Source: Squalus acanthias (Eukaryota). From it: a stretch of DNA of 64,000 bases. The notes beneath the pieces were generated by a model. The model was not told the DNA's origin. It was given only the letters and a program-made list of their open reading frames with translations, and made no database searches. The translations under genes and the position numbers were made by a program. How positions within the stretch are numbered: position 1 is the first letter of the stretch; each line of letters begins with the position of its first letter. The stretch lies in assembly GCA_030390025.1 (NCBI GenBank), contig CM059432.1, forward strand, positions 71,240,001-71,304,000. Direction: 5' to 3'. Below, piece by piece: positions 61,111 through 64,000 of the stretch.

Positions 61111-61631
61111 CTACATTAAAGTCACTACATAAATGCAAGGTGTTAGTATAAACTAATTTTACTTGTGGATATCATTGTATCAATTTTATAACTAACATTT
61201 TTGAAAGAAGGGTAGCAAAATCTAAAGAGTGGAGTGCAGACAGGCTAGAGAGCACTGAAGGGATAAGCAACAAAGTTGGAGACTGAATGTAAATATACAA
61301 GAAGAAATGGAACATTTGACTGTTTTCTAATGCTCCAATGTAGGATGGTTAATCCATGACAGTCCATGGCTGAAGAACTAATTCAGTCCTCCAATATCTC
61401 ACCCAATGCCCATTCTTCATGCGCGACCCTCTACAGTAAGGCTGGGATTTTCCACTTAAATCCTTCTAGCGTATGCCGGGAGTGCATTTTGGGAGATTCC
61501 GTACCTGCAGCTCAAGATTTTCTGACCATTAATTTAAATTTGAAGCTTGTGTAACAGGTTTGACACCTGACTCCAGGTTATGGATGCAAAAATCCTTTTA
61601 TTGTATGAGACCAATTCCAAATAGATATAAG

Positions 61632-63800
61632 GGTCTAGGAATTCGTATTTGCCATGAAAGTTGCCAGTGAGTTAGCGGCTGCTGAAAATGGCCGCAACGC
61701 TAAGGAGAATAAATTCATCTGGGGGCTGGAGATTGGTGGCGCTGCACTAACCTTCCGTGCAACGCCATCCTGGTGACATTAATGGAGGCCTCCGAGGCGA
61801 AGTTCCCGTCCTGAAGTGGTGTTTGAGCTTCCCACAGCTTGGAACAAGGCTGTGGAGCTCGCAAGGAATTGTGGGCAATTAAAAGGGCTATGAATTAGAG
61901 GGCCATGCACTCAGAACTAATAAAAATTAAAATGCAGTGAAAAAATGCAGTTTTCAGCTCTCACTGCCTTTCAAAAAAAATTCAACATTAAAAAGAAGTC
62001 CCAAATGTGAATATTCAGCTTTTAAAGCTGAATTCCCTTCTGAACCTCAAAAATGGGAAAGCTGCTTCAGCACTAACACAAATGGCTCAGCAAGCCAGGA
62101 GGGTCTCACACACAGCACTCCAGCTTAGTGCAGGGGGTCAACACTGAAAGAGAGATCCTCTACCCACAGGAGCCAGGAAGCCCTCCAGAAAGAGGATGTG
62201 GGACTACATCACCGAGGCCGTCACTGCCAGCAGTGTCGCCCCCACGACCTGGCTCCAGTGCCCAAAGAAGCTTCATGATGTCAGACCACTGGTCAAGGTC
62301 AGTGAATGCATCTTTAAAAGCCATCTCCTACCAAATGCACCACTAACCTCACACACTGCTCAATGCATGACCCCCACCCCTAATCACTCACCTACCAACA
62401 ATCTGCACCAATCACGAGGCACATCTTCCATTCCTAGCCTCATCTCACCCCCTTGGAGGAGACAGTGTTGGCAGGGGCATGGCTGACCTCTTGGCCAGCG
62501 ATGGGGCTGAAAGGATACAAGATGCGGGTATCCTCATACGTTATCCTCCTTCTGGCCTGCACCTCTTGCTGTCCCATCCTCCTGTCACCACAACTCCTCC
62601 CTTGTTCCTTCCTCATTTCACATACCCAAGAAATGCAGCCTGCCCAGCCAGTGGTTGACCAAGAAGAGGGTGCAGAGAGTAAGGAATAATAATAAGAAAC
62701 AGCGTCACTTGATTTGACACTCCAGCCACCAGCTCCTCAAGGTCGATCGGCAAGACCATTTGCAGTGTCCCCCACTGAAAGTTAGCAGCCTTCCATCAGC
62801 CATGCTGTAGCCACTGGGGTTGCACTGCATGACAGCAGTAGGATAGGCAAAGGCACACACAAGACAGTCACTAAGAGAATGCATAAGGGTGTTGAGTTGA
62901 TTTCTTGATGTCATATTGGATGGATGTATAAAGTTGGATTGGAAGGTTTGCTTTGTGGTGGCTTTTATTTCAGCATTGTGTCCAAGAGGACGCTGTGATG
63001 GTCAGTAACAGAGGGAAGGTAAGGTGTGGGACAAATGTGGAAAGGGGAATTGGGGTTGTGGTCACTGGTATTGCAGGTGGATGATTCCAGCCCAGATATC
63101 CCGGCCAGAAAAGGGCTGTCTGTGTTGCATCCATCCTTCTGCTTCCTCCTCTTCAGCTTCTTCCTCCTTTGTGTCTTCCTCTTCCCTCTGCGGGCAGATG
63201 TTGTAAATCTGAAATGACAGCATAAAATGCTAGAAATACCTTGCTGGTCAGGCAGTATCTCGACCTGAGACATGAACTCTATTTCTCTCTCCATGGATGT
63301 TGCCTGACCTGCTGAGTACTTGCAGCATTTTTTGTCTTCTCAGAGGCCTTCCTTTACCATCTGAGGCCTTGCAAGCATCCAGCAGCACACCCTACATACT
63401 TAAAAAACTTTTAACATCTATTGCAGCAAGCTACTACTTCAATTAAAAAAAACAGTCCAAAAGCTTAAATCCAAACTTACCTGAAAGATGTGTGTGTCCC
63501 TTTAAGAGGTGCTGACATCACTACTGTCAGCCTGCTTCGCATGCTTAGGACCGAGCACTGAATTCAGCACTAGGGTCGAAGTTCGGATTGGTGACATCAA
63601 TTCAGCATTGCATGCCGATTGACGTCACCACGCTGCCATTTTTTTTCCAGGGCACTGCCAGTTACCGGCAGCGCAAAGAGAACCAGGAAAATGGTGGCCA
63701 CTGCGGGTCCCGCCACCAGCTGGTGAAAGAGCAGCGACCACCAATTTTTTGCCGTTTCATGGTGCTACGGAGTGGCGGTAAGTACATGAATTTCTAGCCC
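61632..63800. mobile_element. Multiply deleted Harbinger element
   Basis: TIR GGTCTAGGAATTC / GAATTTCTAGCCC; remnants of Myb exons 1-3 (WDYITEAVTA..TWLQCPKKLHDV) and of the transposase tail; Penelope-like fragment ~63205-63340. Confidence 0.8.
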
Positions 63801-64000
63801 TAGATCTTTAAACATTAGACATACAGAGAAATAAAACATACAACCGCATGCTCTTTCCCTGGTAGAGAACTCGTTGTTGCTCCTTCCAATGCTAATTTTC
63901 TCTACAATGTCAGTAACAATCAATCATCAATGATAGATGTTATTGAACAAGACCCTAGAAAGGATATATTTCCTTGAAAATGACAGTCACTTGTTTGCAT

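Overview
Eukaryotic, intron-like or intergenic vertebrate DNA made up mostly of nested transposable elements. The repeat types (CR1 LINEs with (CTATG-like)n tails, Deu-domain SINEs, Penelope-like elements with minimal hammerheads) point to a cartilaginous fish, which is an inference. No host gene could be identified; only a few weak exon-like segments were seen. Main content: (1) A diverse set of PIF/Harbinger DNA transposons. Two are near-complete ~4.2 kb elements (35503-39690 and 50680-54905) with TIRs and 3-bp TSDs, each carrying a DDE transposase convergent on a three-exon Myb/SANT gene that has a long acidic, coiled-coil-like and AT-hook-like C-terminus. There are also deletion derivatives and MITEs. 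(2) Many CR1 LINEs, including a 17 kb three-level nest. (3) Two RTE LINEs and a second, distinct CR1-group LINE family. (4) Penelope-like GIY-YIG remnants with hammerhead ribozyme motifs. (5) Three large solo LTRs. (6) An unexplained 164-bp inverted repeat pair 3.2 kb apart that encloses exon-like DNA. Nothing here can be shown to be a new system from sequence alone. The best leads are the Harbinger accessory-protein architecture and the inverted-repeat-bounded segment.
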